Sequence record: MW286156.1 | Length of the DNA stretch: 47,915 nucleotides | Source of the DNA: Escherichia phage vB_EcoS-BECP10 | Reading direction: 5' to 3' (one strand) | Part shown: positions 34,211 to 43,626 of the stretch, in pieces | Layout: every line of letters starts with the position of its first letter | How positions within the stretch are numbered: position 1 is the stretch's first letter | Made by a program: the position numbers and the translations under genes | The notes under the pieces: model-generated | Database searches by the model: none | What the model was told of the DNA's origin: nothing | What the model saw: only the letters and a program-made list of their open reading frames with translations

Positions 34211-34599
34211 CTCGACCCACCAGAAGTAATCAAACCCCAGCGGCCAACCTTGCGACGCATCAAATCAATGTAAAGCTTACCCCATGAGGATGCTTCAAGG
34301 TTAGATGAGCTCGCGGCAGCAGTGCTGGTATCATAGCTAATCGTGTACTCTCCTGAAAGTGAGTAGGACTTAACCCGGTCAGAGGATGTCTGGCTTGAAT
34401 CATTCTCAGTCTTAAGCGCAATATCCTGACTAAGCAAGTGAAGAGTGTAGAAAGCTAATGCCTGAACCTGCTTGTCACCAAACTTATCCAGGCAGATAAA
34501 CAGCTTAGCTACCTCAATCCATGCATTAAGAACATCATCAGGCTGATTGTTAAGTGGGGGGTACAGCTGCCTTATATATGCGATTACTTCTTCATTCAT
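34198..34599 (-). CDS. Putative head-tail adaptor protein
   Basis: Synteny; RBS GGAGATA. Confidence 0.35.
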   Translation of the reverse strand: MNEEVIAYIRQLYPPLNNQPDDVLNAWIEVAKLFICLDKFGDKQVQALAFYTLHLLSQDIALKTENDSSQTSSDRVKSYSLSGEYTISYDTSTAAASSSNLEASSWGKLYIDLMRRKVGRWGLITSGGSRCCR

Positions 34600-34611
34600 T
34601 TTATATCTCCA

Positions 34612-34640
34612 TACAAAAAAGGACGCTCTAAAGCGTCCGT
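34612..34640 (-). terminator. Intrinsic terminator
   Basis: Minus-strand hairpin GGACGC-TTTAGA-GCGTCC followed by TTTTTTTG. Confidence 0.6.
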
Positions 34641-34645
34641 GTTGG

Positions 34646-34894
34646 TTACTTGTACTCGCCGCCGTTTTCAGCTTCGTCTACAGTCTTTGGTTCTTTCTTT
34701 TTAACCTTCTTGCTTTCAATTTCTTCAATTACTTTCTTGGTTGCCTTGCGGTCTTCCATTACCTCAAGTCGACCCTCAGCAATCAATCGCTTAAAACCGT
34801 CATTCAACTCTTCTACTTCAATGATTTGTCCTGGCAGGTAATCATTTCCAGCAAATCGAATAAGGCAAGCACCAACGTGTTCTAACTTAATCAT
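34646..34894 (-). CDS. Hypothetical charged protein (82 aa)
   Basis: ORF track; RBS AGGAGGAAAG. Confidence 0.45.
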   Translation of the reverse strand: MIKLEHVGACLIRFAGNDYLPGQIIEVEELNDGFKRLIAEGRLEVMEDRKATKKVIEEIESKKVKKKEPKTVDEAENGGEYK

Positions 34895-34954
34895 TCTTTC
34901 CTCCTGTTTATTCTATAAATGAATTATATACTTTATGATTCATTTAGTACAGAC

Positions 34955-34979
34955 GTAAAAAAGCCCTCCGAAGAGGGCT
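34955..34979 (-). terminator. Intrinsic terminator after the putative major capsid gene
   Basis: Minus-strand hairpin AGCCCTC-TTCG-GAGGGCT followed by TTTTTTACG. Confidence 0.65.
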
Positions 34980-34984
34980 ATTTA

Positions 34985-35929
34985 TTAGAAGGTGATACCT
35001 TTCATTACTGCAACGGTCAGAGGTCGGTAGATAACCAGGCCAGTAGACTTGGAGGTCACAGGAAACTTGAAGTGCAAATCCTTCGGTTGAGCTGGAAGGA
35101 CGTGAGTAGCTTCTGGAATCTCAATGCTCATGTTCAATGGGTCGTACTCATAAGCAATTGCAGCCTTGCCGTTTGCGCCATCGTAGTTGTCAAGGAGTTG
35201 CAGGAACTCCACCTGTACGCCATTGTTGTTACGGGCAAAGAACTCAAAGTAGCTAATACCAGTATTCGGGACCAGAGTTTGCATTACTCGACGAGCGGAT
35301 GCCGGAAGAAGCAGCCTGTTAGCTCGATGGATGCCTTGGGTTGCTGTTTCGATAATATCCAGCAGGCTATTAACGTCAGCGTAAGCAGTCTGTGCTGTAG
35401 TCCATGCGCCGCTTGGAACTACCTGGTTTACGTTGTCGTAATCGAATACAGACTTAATGCCGTGAGGTGCGGAGCCTTTCCAAACTAGCTTATCAAGCAG
35501 GTTGTCATGAGCTTCGAATGCAAGAGCCTGTTTGCGAGAAGATAGTGATTGACCAGTAGCCGCGCCAGCCGCAATCTCATCGATGGAAACCAGGAATGCA
35601 TTACCAAAACGGAACACCTTACCTTGCTTCTCTTGCATCAGTGCATCAACCGTCGGCAAATCATCTGAATAATCAGCTACAATCTGAGCTAAGCCAACAC
35701 CATCCATTTCGCCGTATTCGAAGTATTTAGCGTAAGCGCCAATTTCGTTAGTGACCGGGAACAGGTTAACTACAGACGTTTCAGCATATTCGCGATCGTA
35801 GTTACGGTTAAGCGTCTGAGTCAGCTGTTTGATGGTCCAAATGCCAGCTGCATCAGCTTTTTCAACACCCATGTTACGCAGGTGTTCGGTGATTTTGTTC
35901 TGCTCGAAAGCATCTAGCTTAATAGTCAT
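34985..35929 (-). CDS. Putative major capsid protein (314 aa)
   Basis: Size, position in head module, strong terminator immediately downstream. Confidence 0.5.
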   Translation of the reverse strand: MTIKLDAFEQNKITEHLRNMGVEKADAAGIWTIKQLTQTLNRNYDREYAETSVVNLFPVTNEIGAYAKYFEYGEMDGVGLAQIVADYSDDLPTVDALMQEKQGKVFRFGNAFLVSIDEIAAGAATGQSLSSRKQALAFEAHDNLLDKLVWKGSAPHGIKSVFDYDNVNQVVPSGAWTTAQTAYADVNSLLDIIETATQGIHRANRLLLPASARRVMQTLVPNTGISYFEFFARNNNGVQVEFLQLLDNYDGANGKAAIAYEYDPLNMSIEIPEATHVLPAQPKDLHFKFPVTSKSTGLVIYRPLTVAVMKGITF

Positions 35930-36009
35930 TCCTATTTATCCTTTTGGTTAACTGTGTACGTTGACATTATACACGAGTTTTAAGACCGCGCAATGGCGGG
36001 TGATAAAGT

Positions 36010-36858
36010 TTAGGCATCAAGTCTTGTTATTCTAACGGTGAAGTCTGGTTGTGTAATTGTGGTAAATGCAGGCCTGCCAGCAATGAAAACCTCAACCCTG
36101 TAAAAATAACCACTAGAGCCATCATTTAGATAGGTGTAAAACTCTACACATCTAGCTGAGGTCACGCCGAATCCTGTGTTAATAAATGTGTAGTTCGATG
36201 CCGATGTGAACACTCCAGAATACTTAACCCTGCGATAAGTATCATCCTCATCGTTGTACTTAACGTCGCCATCAATGTTTGTTGTTCCAGATCCTTCCTT
36301 TAGAGCAAAGAATGTAAATCTTGATGATGATGTTACTTGCACCCTAAACCAAGTGTTAGCTATACCAGGGAATTGAGTGTCCACCCCTGAACCAACTGTG
36401 TTAACTAGGTTAAATTTTTTCCATGTTACGAGCGCTCCTGGATCACCCTTATCACCTTTATCACCTTTTAGTCCCTGAGGTCCAGTATCTCCTTTTTCAC
36501 CCTGCGGACCTTGTGGGCCAGCCATGCCATCCCTACCAGTAGTTCCCTTAAAGCCTTTTGATAATGAAACTATGTAATCGTCAGCGCCAAATATTTGAGG
36601 GTGACCGAAAACCTCCCACTCAGGGTCATCAGCAATTAATTTGTTAGCCTTGCTTATTAATTTAACTCTAGTGCTATCACCGAGAATCCTAAAGTCGGTA
36701 AGCTGCGCATCACTACCCTTAACCATAACAATTGCGATAGTAAATCTATTGTTAATTAAGCTATCAAATGGCATCCATCCTTCCAGCATTTTTGCCTTTA
36801 CTAACCTCTCCAGGTCGCCGTAAGTCTTAGCTACAACTTCCATAAACTCTAAAGCCAT
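36010..36858 (-). CDS. Collagen-repeat protein (282 aa) in the head module, possible head fibre or decoration
   Basis: Uninterrupted Gly-X-Y repeats GFKGTTGRDGMAGPQGPQGEKGDTGPQGLKGDKGDKGDPG (about 36436-36555) followed by a globular C-terminal domain. Confidence 0.55.
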   Translation of the reverse strand: MALEFMEVVAKTYGDLERLVKAKMLEGWMPFDSLINNRFTIAIVMVKGSDAQLTDFRILGDSTRVKLISKANKLIADDPEWEVFGHPQIFGADDYIVSLSKGFKGTTGRDGMAGPQGPQGEKGDTGPQGLKGDKGDKGDPGALVTWKKFNLVNTVGSGVDTQFPGIANTWFRVQVTSSSRFTFFALKEGSGTTNIDGDVKYNDEDDTYRRVKYSGVFTSASNYTFINTGFGVTSARCVEFYTYLNDGSSGYFYRVEVFIAGRPAFTTITQPDFTVRITRLDA

Positions 36859-36912
36859 TTCATTTACTCCATATCGGTTAATAGTCTTAATGATTGTAAC
36901 AGAATTTTGGCA

Positions 36913-36936
36913 ATAAAAAACCCGCCGAAGCGGGTT
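36913..36936 (-). terminator. Intrinsic terminator
   Basis: Minus-strand hairpin CCCGC-TTCG-GCGGG followed by TTTTTTATTG. Confidence 0.65.
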
Positions 36937-36952
36937 ATATTTACACGGTTAA

Positions 36953-37447
36953 TTATTTCTGCTTAACCTGAACTTCAATCAGTGCGCCATCATAAGGTTC
37001 TGGCTGACCCTGCACCGCAGTGCCAGCAATGAAGCCACCTGCGAAAGTCCAACCAGCTGGCTCAACAGCGCCGCTAGAAACAACAATTCCAGTCGCATCA
37101 AGAGTGATTGCAGTTCCGAATGCAGGTGCTGCTGACAGTGTGGTTTTCATCCAGATTCTACCAGCCGTCATTACGTTAATTGCCTCTTGCGGTCGATAGA
37201 AGCCATCAACAGCTTCATAATGCGAGCGAACAGCAACACCATAAACGTTAGCGGTCGTAATGCCAGAACCAACTACAGTTTTATGACCTGCACCAGATGA
37301 GCTAGTTCCAGTAACTTCAACTTCGCTAACACCAACTGCCTGACCAACCTGCACCTGAGCGGTGCCACCTAGAACGCACGCGCCATCGATATTGTAAAGA
37401 GAGGTATCAGATACCATACCCGCTAATGCTGCTTGACGAAATGCCAT
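36953..37447 (-). CDS. Putative head decoration / capsid-associated protein (164 aa)
   Basis: Gly/Ala/Val/Thr-rich; followed by strong terminator, suggesting high expression. Confidence 0.35.
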   Translation of the reverse strand: MAFRQAALAGMVSDTSLYNIDGACVLGGTAQVQVGQAVGVSEVEVTGTSSSGAGHKTVVGSGITTANVYGVAVRSHYEAVDGFYRPQEAINVMTAGRIWMKTTLSAAPAFGTAITLDATGIVVSSGAVEPAGWTFAGGFIAGTAVQGQPEPYDGALIEVQVKQK

Positions 37448-37449
37448 TA

Positions 37450-38571
37450 TTATTTCTCCTTATTGGATTTAGCTTTAGCAATTCGAGCGCGCGGATCAAT
37501 AAGCGTCAACTCTTCTTTGCTGTCAGATTTATCAGAGGCTATGGTAGCCTTACGAACTTCAGCCATTTTATCAGATTCTTTGGCAATGTCGAACGCTGCG
37601 TCAATATACGCGTCAGATTTCTCAGAAACATCCAGGCCAGAGACTTCTTTAACGTAAGCAACTTTGATTGCTTTAGCATCCAGGCCGTCACATTTAACGC
37701 CAGCTTCTGCGGCAACTGCAACCAGAGTTGCCAGCTCATCAGCGTCAGCTTTAGCTTTGGCTACGGCAGCTTCGATTTCGGCAGGAATGCCATCAACTTT
37801 AGCTTTCAGTGCATCGCGCTCAGCTTCCAGAGTGTCAGCTTTGGCTTTAGCCTGCTCCGCATCTGCCTTAACAGCTTCGATGTGGTTAGCAACTTCCGGG
37901 GCGATTTCGAACTCCTGTTCGCCATCGAGTTTAATCTTAATCATCAATTTATCCTCTTTATTTGATTGAACGGTATCAGTATACGGGTTTTCCTGTTCCG
38001 CGTCCAGATTGAGTTTAGCAATACCTGCGCGACCTTTATATACGAGTGCGATATGATTAACAACGATATTCGTCTGTAGCGCATCAAAGCGTACCCAATC
38101 AGCAGGAATCTCATCCTGGCTTGCGTACTCTCCATCAAGCTTGTACTCACCCGTTTCATTACTACCCCAGCCAGGAGACTCAATGTCAACAGTGTTGTAG
38201 CCAACAGAGAGCTCACCAGCAACGCCAGACTTGGCCTTCTCAATTGCTTCCTTGTCGTAAACGGTAAGAGGAACAATCACTGCCGAGTCCTGACGCATTG
38301 CTGACCCAGATACAGAACCAACAACCAACTCTTTAGCATTTTCAGAGTTTACAACCACGTGACCAAGAGTAAGCGGCTTACCCTGGTAACTTTGCAGCGA
38401 ATCGGCTTTAAAAACCTCTGAAGCCGGACGGAACTCTCGGCGCTCTGAACCATCTGGCATATAGTAGGTTTGTACACCTACGCGAGCAACCACTGGTGTG
38501 TCCACGAGAAAACCGTTCTCATCGAAACGGGCTTTTACCTTGGCGCTATCATAACGCATTTTACTCTTCAT
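37450..38571 (-). CDS. Putative scaffolding protein, possibly fused to a prohead protease (373 aa)
   Basis: Ala/Lys/Glu-rich coiled-coil-like C-terminal half; position between head morphogenesis and capsid genes. Confidence 0.4.
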   Translation of the reverse strand: MKSKMRYDSAKVKARFDENGFLVDTPVVARVGVQTYYMPDGSERREFRPASEVFKADSLQSYQGKPLTLGHVVVNSENAKELVVGSVSGSAMRQDSAVIVPLTVYDKEAIEKAKSGVAGELSVGYNTVDIESPGWGSNETGEYKLDGEYASQDEIPADWVRFDALQTNIVVNHIALVYKGRAGIAKLNLDAEQENPYTDTVQSNKEDKLMIKIKLDGEQEFEIAPEVANHIEAVKADAEQAKAKADTLEAERDALKAKVDGIPAEIEAAVAKAKADADELATLVAVAAEAGVKCDGLDAKAIKVAYVKEVSGLDVSEKSDAYIDAAFDIAKESDKMAEVRKATIASDKSDSKEELTLIDPRARIAKAKSNKEK

Positions 38572-39325
38572 TAATTAAATTCTCCCATTTAGGAACAGCC
38601 CAGCAACGACACCCGTATTGCTGACCGGGGAATATCGCAAGGCTGTCAAGTTTTCCAGCGTCCGAACCATCTGATTTAAAGCTAACCCCCTCACGCAGAA
38701 CGTGAGATGGTCGCTCTTTGTCGTCAAGTCTACCACGCCAAACATACTGAGATACACTGGCATCTTCAAGCCTTCTCCGCATAAGGTTTGAGTTTAGAGA
38801 CCCTGTAATTCCAGCAGCGATATTTGCTGTTCTCTTTCTGTAGATTCGGTATCTATCATCAAGGTCAACAGTGTTACCAGCCTGCGCAGTAATGGCGTTG
38901 TTTATGAAATCATCCTTGATGTTGTTTAGCAGCTTTGATGCACTTAACTGCGTGCCAACAATCCAGGAGTTCCTGGTGTCGAGCCACCATGGTTCATCCG
39001 CGTTAATACCATACAATCCTAGCGCAAGAACTACAGGATTATTCTTACCTCCGGAGTTGTTGGCCACCTTAAGGAATTGCGCCGAGTTATAACGATATAT
39101 TGCTAGTGCCAGCGCAGGCAGAGTGGAAACAAAACCAGATAGCAGCGCTGAGATTACATCTGAAAGGTCTGAATCTTCCTCTTCAATCTCCTGCGCTGTG
39201 TCAATTTTTAGCCTCTTTGCAGATAACTTCATTTGCTCAATAAGTTCAGATACCGCAACCAAAAGGCTGCGGTTAATCTGGCTCTCAATTATTTGCGGAT
39301 ACATCCAGCGGGTCTTCTGATTCAT
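38561..39325 (-). CDS. Head morphogenesis / minor head protein (254 aa)
   Basis: Position directly after portal; C-terminal CRCW motif. Confidence 0.45.
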   Translation of the reverse strand: MNQKTRWMYPQIIESQINRSLLVAVSELIEQMKLSAKRLKIDTAQEIEEEDSDLSDVISALLSGFVSTLPALALAIYRYNSAQFLKVANNSGGKNNPVVLALGLYGINADEPWWLDTRNSWIVGTQLSASKLLNNIKDDFINNAITAQAGNTVDLDDRYRIYRKRTANIAAGITGSLNSNLMRRRLEDASVSQYVWRGRLDDKERPSHVLREGVSFKSDGSDAGKLDSLAIFPGQQYGCRCWAVPKWENLINEE

Positions 39326-40559
39326 TAATTACAACCTCCGTTTGAATTGAGCCTTCGCCAATCTTAACCTCAGTTGAAATTGCGCGCAACGTATCTCTTG
39401 CTTCGTCTGCGTCAATGATTCCAGCTGCAATCAATGCGGCAACTGAATTGACGTTCTTCTCAAGAATCTCAGATTTATCCTTGTCACTAACCTGCGATAG
39501 AGGGTTAAATTCTACTGACCACTCTTGCTCGGTTACGATGAACGGCAGCAGGAACTCAAGCAGAGGCAATAATTCAGCCTTGCGCTTACGGTCAACATAA
39601 CCGTAGAAAGTCTCTAGAGCAGTGTTCTGGCTTGCTGACACACCACCAACATTCTTACCCTTAAGGATAATCTCATGAATACCGCTCAGAGCAACGATTC
39701 GATCGAACTTCTGACTCAGAAATGTATCAATACCGCCAATATCTGAGTTGAGAACGTTGTACTCTTCACTATCCGCGTCAATCCCGATAGCCTGACCAAC
39801 GCCACTGTTATTATCCACCTGAGCCAGACGTAAACGAGCCGCTCCAAATCCATCTGAATCATCACATAAGTCAGCAAGGCCTTTTGCTTTCCACACCGCC
39901 TGCTGTTTACGACGAAGTAACTGAGTAGCCAGTCGCTCACAGTTCTGATAGTCGTCAATCGCGTCAATTAAGTCACCAGTTAGTACGCTTGCGCCCCAGC
40001 CATCGTTATTACGACGTAGGTTGTTAGGTACTCGCTCGCCATCAATGATGTGACAGCGTGTATAGTGCACATCGTAGAACGTTGCCGACCCGTTTGGCGT
40101 GATGCGGTAAGTTAATGGCTTACCAAAACGCGCGTTACGTGGATTCTCCTCGCGAGTCTGGACCTTAATTTGCTGACGGTCGTATACGCGAACTGTTTCA
40201 AGTTCCGCACCTTCACGAACCGGGCTGGTTAGCGCCCTTCCATCCTTCACAATTGCCACTACAGCAGCGCCACCGTATAGTCTCGCCCAGGCTAGTGCGT
40301 CGATTACGTTATCTGAAAGGCCTAAATCATCCCATCGCGACCAGAAAGCACCTTCGTCGTCGATACCTTCAATACTAAAGCCTGCGCCAAGTGCGACCTC
40401 TGGAACGATATCAATAATTCGACGAACCAGAGCGCTGCTGACATAAAGTTGCTCAAGCTGCGCTGGCGCTGTTAGGCCAAGACTGCCAAACTTTCCGTAA
40501 ACCTCACTACCATCACTCCCGCTAAGAAAGATGTTTGCGTAGCTGTCTGCTTTTACCAT
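39285..40559 (-). CDS. Portal protein (424 aa)
   Basis: Size and position directly after large terminase; RBS GGAGAAATTAC. Confidence 0.6.
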   Translation of the reverse strand: MVKADSYANIFLSGSDGSEVYGKFGSLGLTAPAQLEQLYVSSALVRRIIDIVPEVALGAGFSIEGIDDEGAFWSRWDDLGLSDNVIDALAWARLYGGAAVVAIVKDGRALTSPVREGAELETVRVYDRQQIKVQTREENPRNARFGKPLTYRITPNGSATFYDVHYTRCHIIDGERVPNNLRRNNDGWGASVLTGDLIDAIDDYQNCERLATQLLRRKQQAVWKAKGLADLCDDSDGFGAARLRLAQVDNNSGVGQAIGIDADSEEYNVLNSDIGGIDTFLSQKFDRIVALSGIHEIILKGKNVGGVSASQNTALETFYGYVDRKRKAELLPLLEFLLPFIVTEQEWSVEFNPLSQVSDKDKSEILEKNVNSVAALIAAGIIDADEARDTLRAISTEVKIGEGSIQTEVVINESEDPLDVSANN

Positions 40560-40572
40560 GTAATTTCTCCAA

Positions 40573-40597
40573 TAAAAAAGCCCCTGAGTAAGGGGCA
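40573..40597 (-). terminator. Intrinsic terminator or attenuator between large terminase and portal
   Basis: Minus-strand hairpin GCCCCT-TACTC-AGGGGC followed by TTTTTTATTGGAGAAA. Confidence 0.55.
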
Positions 40598-40608
40598 GTT
40601 TATCATGA

Positions 40609-42180
40609 TTACTTAACGCCAGCTAGCCTCATTAAGCGGGCTCTCGGATCGTCACTCAAGTTCAATTCACAGTTGATGGCCATTGTTGTCGTATCCACAA
40701 TGTCATCATGGGGATGAGAATCGTCAGCAGTGAACGCCGAGAACTCGGTTAATAGCGAGGTAAGCCATGGCGCAGAGTCAGGCAGAACTACGTTACCAGC
40801 TTTAATCTGTGGCAGTGCGCTCATCACCCTGGTTAACTTATCTGTATCTGGAACGAAAGGCTCGATAGGAGTTCGCATTACCCGACCCGCCGACTGGATA
40901 AGTCCTATTCCAGACGCTTTCTTCTCGATAATAACCTTGCGCAATATACCATCTGTCTTACTAGCTGCTCTATGCTTACTCTCAAAGTCCAGAAGAGTTT
41001 GCTCAAGTTCAGGTGCTTCCCATTTACCCCTTACCATATCCAGAAGATAAAGCCTGTTATCTTTGCGCCCCCATAGCTGGAATACTGAGTAGTCGCTATA
41101 ACTCTTAGTAGTCATGGCAGTATCAGCCGTAATGAAACGGTAGTCATACTTGACTGGCGGCCTGTTATTCTCATCGAGGCGAGCAAACCAATCTACGTTG
41201 ATCAGGTTTCCACCCAGAGCTACTGGAGATTGTTGGTACTGGCTTAGGAATGTGTACGGATCTGAGTCCCACATTGCCATCAAGTCATGCACAGATTCCT
41301 TCTGCGGGAAGTAGCTGTAATACTTAACACCATCTCGCTCGACGTACTCGGATGAAAGCACGTCCTTCTCGAACTGCTCACGAATCCAGTCAGGGAGTTC
41401 ATTCACATATTCTTCAGTGACCAGCGCCGGTATCTTCACTACATCAAAGTCGATACCCATACCACCAGAAGTCATGAACCACGTTGAATCCTGAGTATGA
41501 AGCCTTTGCTGAATTGACAGAATTGGCGTAGCTTTACCTTTAACGCTACTCGCCCTACGTGAGCGAATGGTGTTTTTGAGAAGAGTGTGCACGGCCTCTC
41601 GCCTGACTTTGCTGAACATATCATCCGCTTTGTCTACATCATCAAGCATCAAACAGCCGCTATAGTTATCTGTAATATATCCACCGCGAGCGCCTGTAAT
41701 CTGACCGCCAATTGCTTTTGATATTGATTCAAACTTAACCTTACCAGAATCATCAAGAACCTGAATCTCATCATCCTTACATGTGCCAAACTTGCAGGGC
41801 CACAACTCCTGGAATTCTGTCGATTTGATAAGGTCACGAACCCGTTTAGAGTTACGCTTCACGAGGCTATCTGAGAATGACAGGCTAAGATTGCGAACCT
41901 TCTTTAGTTTAAGCATTGAGTATACTGGGAAGTGAATGGATGTAATCTCGGTTTTTCCGGCCCCGGGAGCTACGTTAATGATTGTATCTCTGCGTTGACC
42001 GCTAATAACCTCATCGATGATTCTACAGAGGTACTTATGGTGCCAGTTAGGAATATAACGCTCAGATTGACTTATTTGAAACCACACCCTTAAGAAACCC
42101 TCGAAGCTATGAGTTGATAGTGCCTTTATAGCTAGCTTTTCTGGGTATGTTAAGTCTTCCCATACAATTATTTCACTCAT
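40609..42180 (-). CDS. Terminase large subunit
   Basis: Walker A-like INVAPGAGKTE, ATPase and nuclease-like regions; start taken at MSEIIVWE. Confidence 0.8.
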   Translation of the reverse strand: MSEIIVWEDLTYPEKLAIKALSTHSFEGFLRVWFQISQSERYIPNWHHKYLCRIIDEVISGQRRDTIINVAPGAGKTEITSIHFPVYSMLKLKKVRNLSLSFSDSLVKRNSKRVRDLIKSTEFQELWPCKFGTCKDDEIQVLDDSGKVKFESISKAIGGQITGARGGYITDNYSGCLMLDDVDKADDMFSKVRREAVHTLLKNTIRSRRASSVKGKATPILSIQQRLHTQDSTWFMTSGGMGIDFDVVKIPALVTEEYVNELPDWIREQFEKDVLSSEYVERDGVKYYSYFPQKESVHDLMAMWDSDPYTFLSQYQQSPVALGGNLINVDWFARLDENNRPPVKYDYRFITADTAMTTKSYSDYSVFQLWGRKDNRLYLLDMVRGKWEAPELEQTLLDFESKHRAASKTDGILRKVIIEKKASGIGLIQSAGRVMRTPIEPFVPDTDKLTRVMSALPQIKAGNVVLPDSAPWLTSLLTEFSAFTADDSHPHDDIVDTTTMAINCELNLSDDPRARLMRLAGVK

Positions 42181-42688
42181 GATTGCAGAACTCCCCATGT
42201 ATACTCTCCCTCATTGATGCCGCCACCTTTGCTGCTTCTTCTTTTTTCTTAAACCAACCTCCAAACATCATTTTTCCATTTATTTTCACATATGCAATAT
42301 ACTCATTCCTTCTCTTTGAGTAGCTAACACCTTTGTAGCCAGATTTATTATTGCTCATCATAGACTTATTCATTCCGTTTTGGCTAAGCGATGCATCCCT
42401 AAGATTAGAAATCCTATCGTCTGATGGGTCACGATTTATGTGGTCAACCGCGCCAACTGGCTCAAAGCCATAATACAAATAAAATGCAATCCTTGAGCTC
42501 TTGTATATCTTCCCTTGTATCTGTACTTGATATCGACCGCTAGCTTTGTGCAAAGTCCCAGCCTCGGATCCGATTATGGTTTTGCTACTTACTTTTGATG
42601 TCCACGTTAGCTTTCCCGTTTCAGGATTGTAACTCAGAATTCCTCTAAGAAAATCCAGAGGCGGCATAGGCTTCGCTCTATCTAACAT
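42173..42688 (-). CDS. HNH endonuclease with AP2 DNA-binding domain (homing-endonuclease-like)
   Basis: HNH motif VDHINRDPSDDRISNLR and AP2-like GYKGVSYSKRRNEYIAYVKINGK; between the terminase subunit genes. Confidence 0.7.
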   Translation of the reverse strand: MLDRAKPMPPLDFLRGILSYNPETGKLTWTSKVSSKTIIGSEAGTLHKASGRYQVQIQGKIYKSSRIAFYLYYGFEPVGAVDHINRDPSDDRISNLRDASLSQNGMNKSMMSNNKSGYKGVSYSKRRNEYIAYVKINGKMMFGGWFKKKEEAAKVAASMRESIHGEFCNHE

Positions 42689-42733
42689 AAAAAACCCCAC
42701 TCGTTTATTGAATGGGGTAATTATATCAACATA

Positions 42734-43249
42734 TCAAAGTTTATCAACTATTGATTCAAGCGCAGCCTTCATAGCTTCCTCATCGTTCACTACTGCATTG
42801 GAAGCATTGTTGATGTTAACCTCTTGCGGCTTATCGATGCCTAAGTCCTTGCCAATCAGTCCAGGGTTGACGATGTTGTTAACGCCAAGCTGATACTTCT
42901 GCTCAAAGATTACCGAATCCACAAACTCCATCACCTCATCAAATCCAGGCGAAGAGCGCCATTTACTGATGGCATTATGACCAACGCCGCAGAAAAGTTG
43001 GAATCCAGTTATCGTAAATATTCGTGGCTTATGAACAAGGTTTTCCGTTACAACACCCTGAAAGCTCGCCGTTTCAATGGCCTTAATCGCTTGCTCTTCA
43101 GCCCAGCTGAAATACCTTACAGCCATGTCGAATACCTGCTCGGGAGTGTATCTGTGGTTAATCTTAAGATTGGCAATGTCGCCATACTTCTTATTGTAAA
43201 GCTCCTTGAAGTTACCAATCTTCTGGTGAATTTTTTTCTCTTCTGACAT
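42734..43249 (-). CDS. Putative terminase small subunit (171 aa)
   Basis: Position immediately upstream of HNH and large terminase; RBS AGGAGGAATATC. Confidence 0.45.
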   Translation of the reverse strand: MSEEKKIHQKIGNFKELYNKKYGDIANLKINHRYTPEQVFDMAVRYFSWAEEQAIKAIETASFQGVVTENLVHKPRIFTITGFQLFCGVGHNAISKWRSSPGFDEVMEFVDSVIFEQKYQLGVNNIVNPGLIGKDLGIDKPQEVNINNASNAVVNDEEAMKAALESIVDKL

Positions 43250-43294
43250 TTGATATTCCTCCTGTTTTAAAAGTCATTGTACCATGACTATGGA

Positions 43295-43321
43295 CGAAAA
43301 AAAGCCCTCACAAGGAGGGCA
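43295..43321 (-). terminator. Intrinsic terminator
   Basis: Minus-strand hairpin GCCCTCC-TTGT-GAGGGC followed by TTTTTTTCG. Confidence 0.6.
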
Positions 43322-43348
43322 AAGTACTGCATTGCGAGATGACCAATC

Positions 43349-43534
43349 TCAAACGAGGGATACTTTATCAACGCTGACTTTGTGGACTGTCAGGTCAATC
43401 TTAAATGCTGCCTTTGCGGCTGCAACTGCTTCTTCAGGGCTTTTAGCAATGAACCTACCTTCGTAGGATTGCTGGCAAGATTTGCATTGCCGACCCATTA
43501 GGCGGGAAGTTAAACGGACTTCGTAGTTATTCAC
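43349..43534 (-). CDS. Hypothetical small protein (61 aa, GTG start)
   Basis: ORF track; GGAG 9 nt upstream of GTG; CKSC Cys pair; lies between the tRNA and a terminator. Confidence 0.3.
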   Translation of the reverse strand: MNNYEVRLTSRLMGRQCKSCQQSYEGRFIAKSPEEAVAAAKAAFKIDLTVHKVSVDKVSLV

Positions 43535-43550
43535 TAGGATGCTCCATGTT

Positions 43551-43626
43551 TGGTGTTCCGCACTGGACTCGAACCAGTAACTGAGACTTAGGAGGTCTCT
43601 GCGTTATCCTGTTACGCCAGCAGAAC
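43551..43626 (-). tRNA. tRNA-Arg (anticodon CCU, reads AGG), 76 nt with encoded CCA
   Basis: Manual cloverleaf: acceptor GTTCTGC/GCGGAAC, D-stem GCGT/ACGC with GG in loop, anticodon stem GAGAC/GTCTC with loop CTCCTAA, T-arm ACTGG-TTCGAGT-CCAGT, discriminator A, CCA. Confidence 0.8.

Noticed and set aside
37471-37490. Possible additional IR element near the end of the scaffold gene
   Set aside because: Only a TTGCTAAAG half-site embedded in coding sequence, with no TAGCAC partner or leader box; judged a chance partial match
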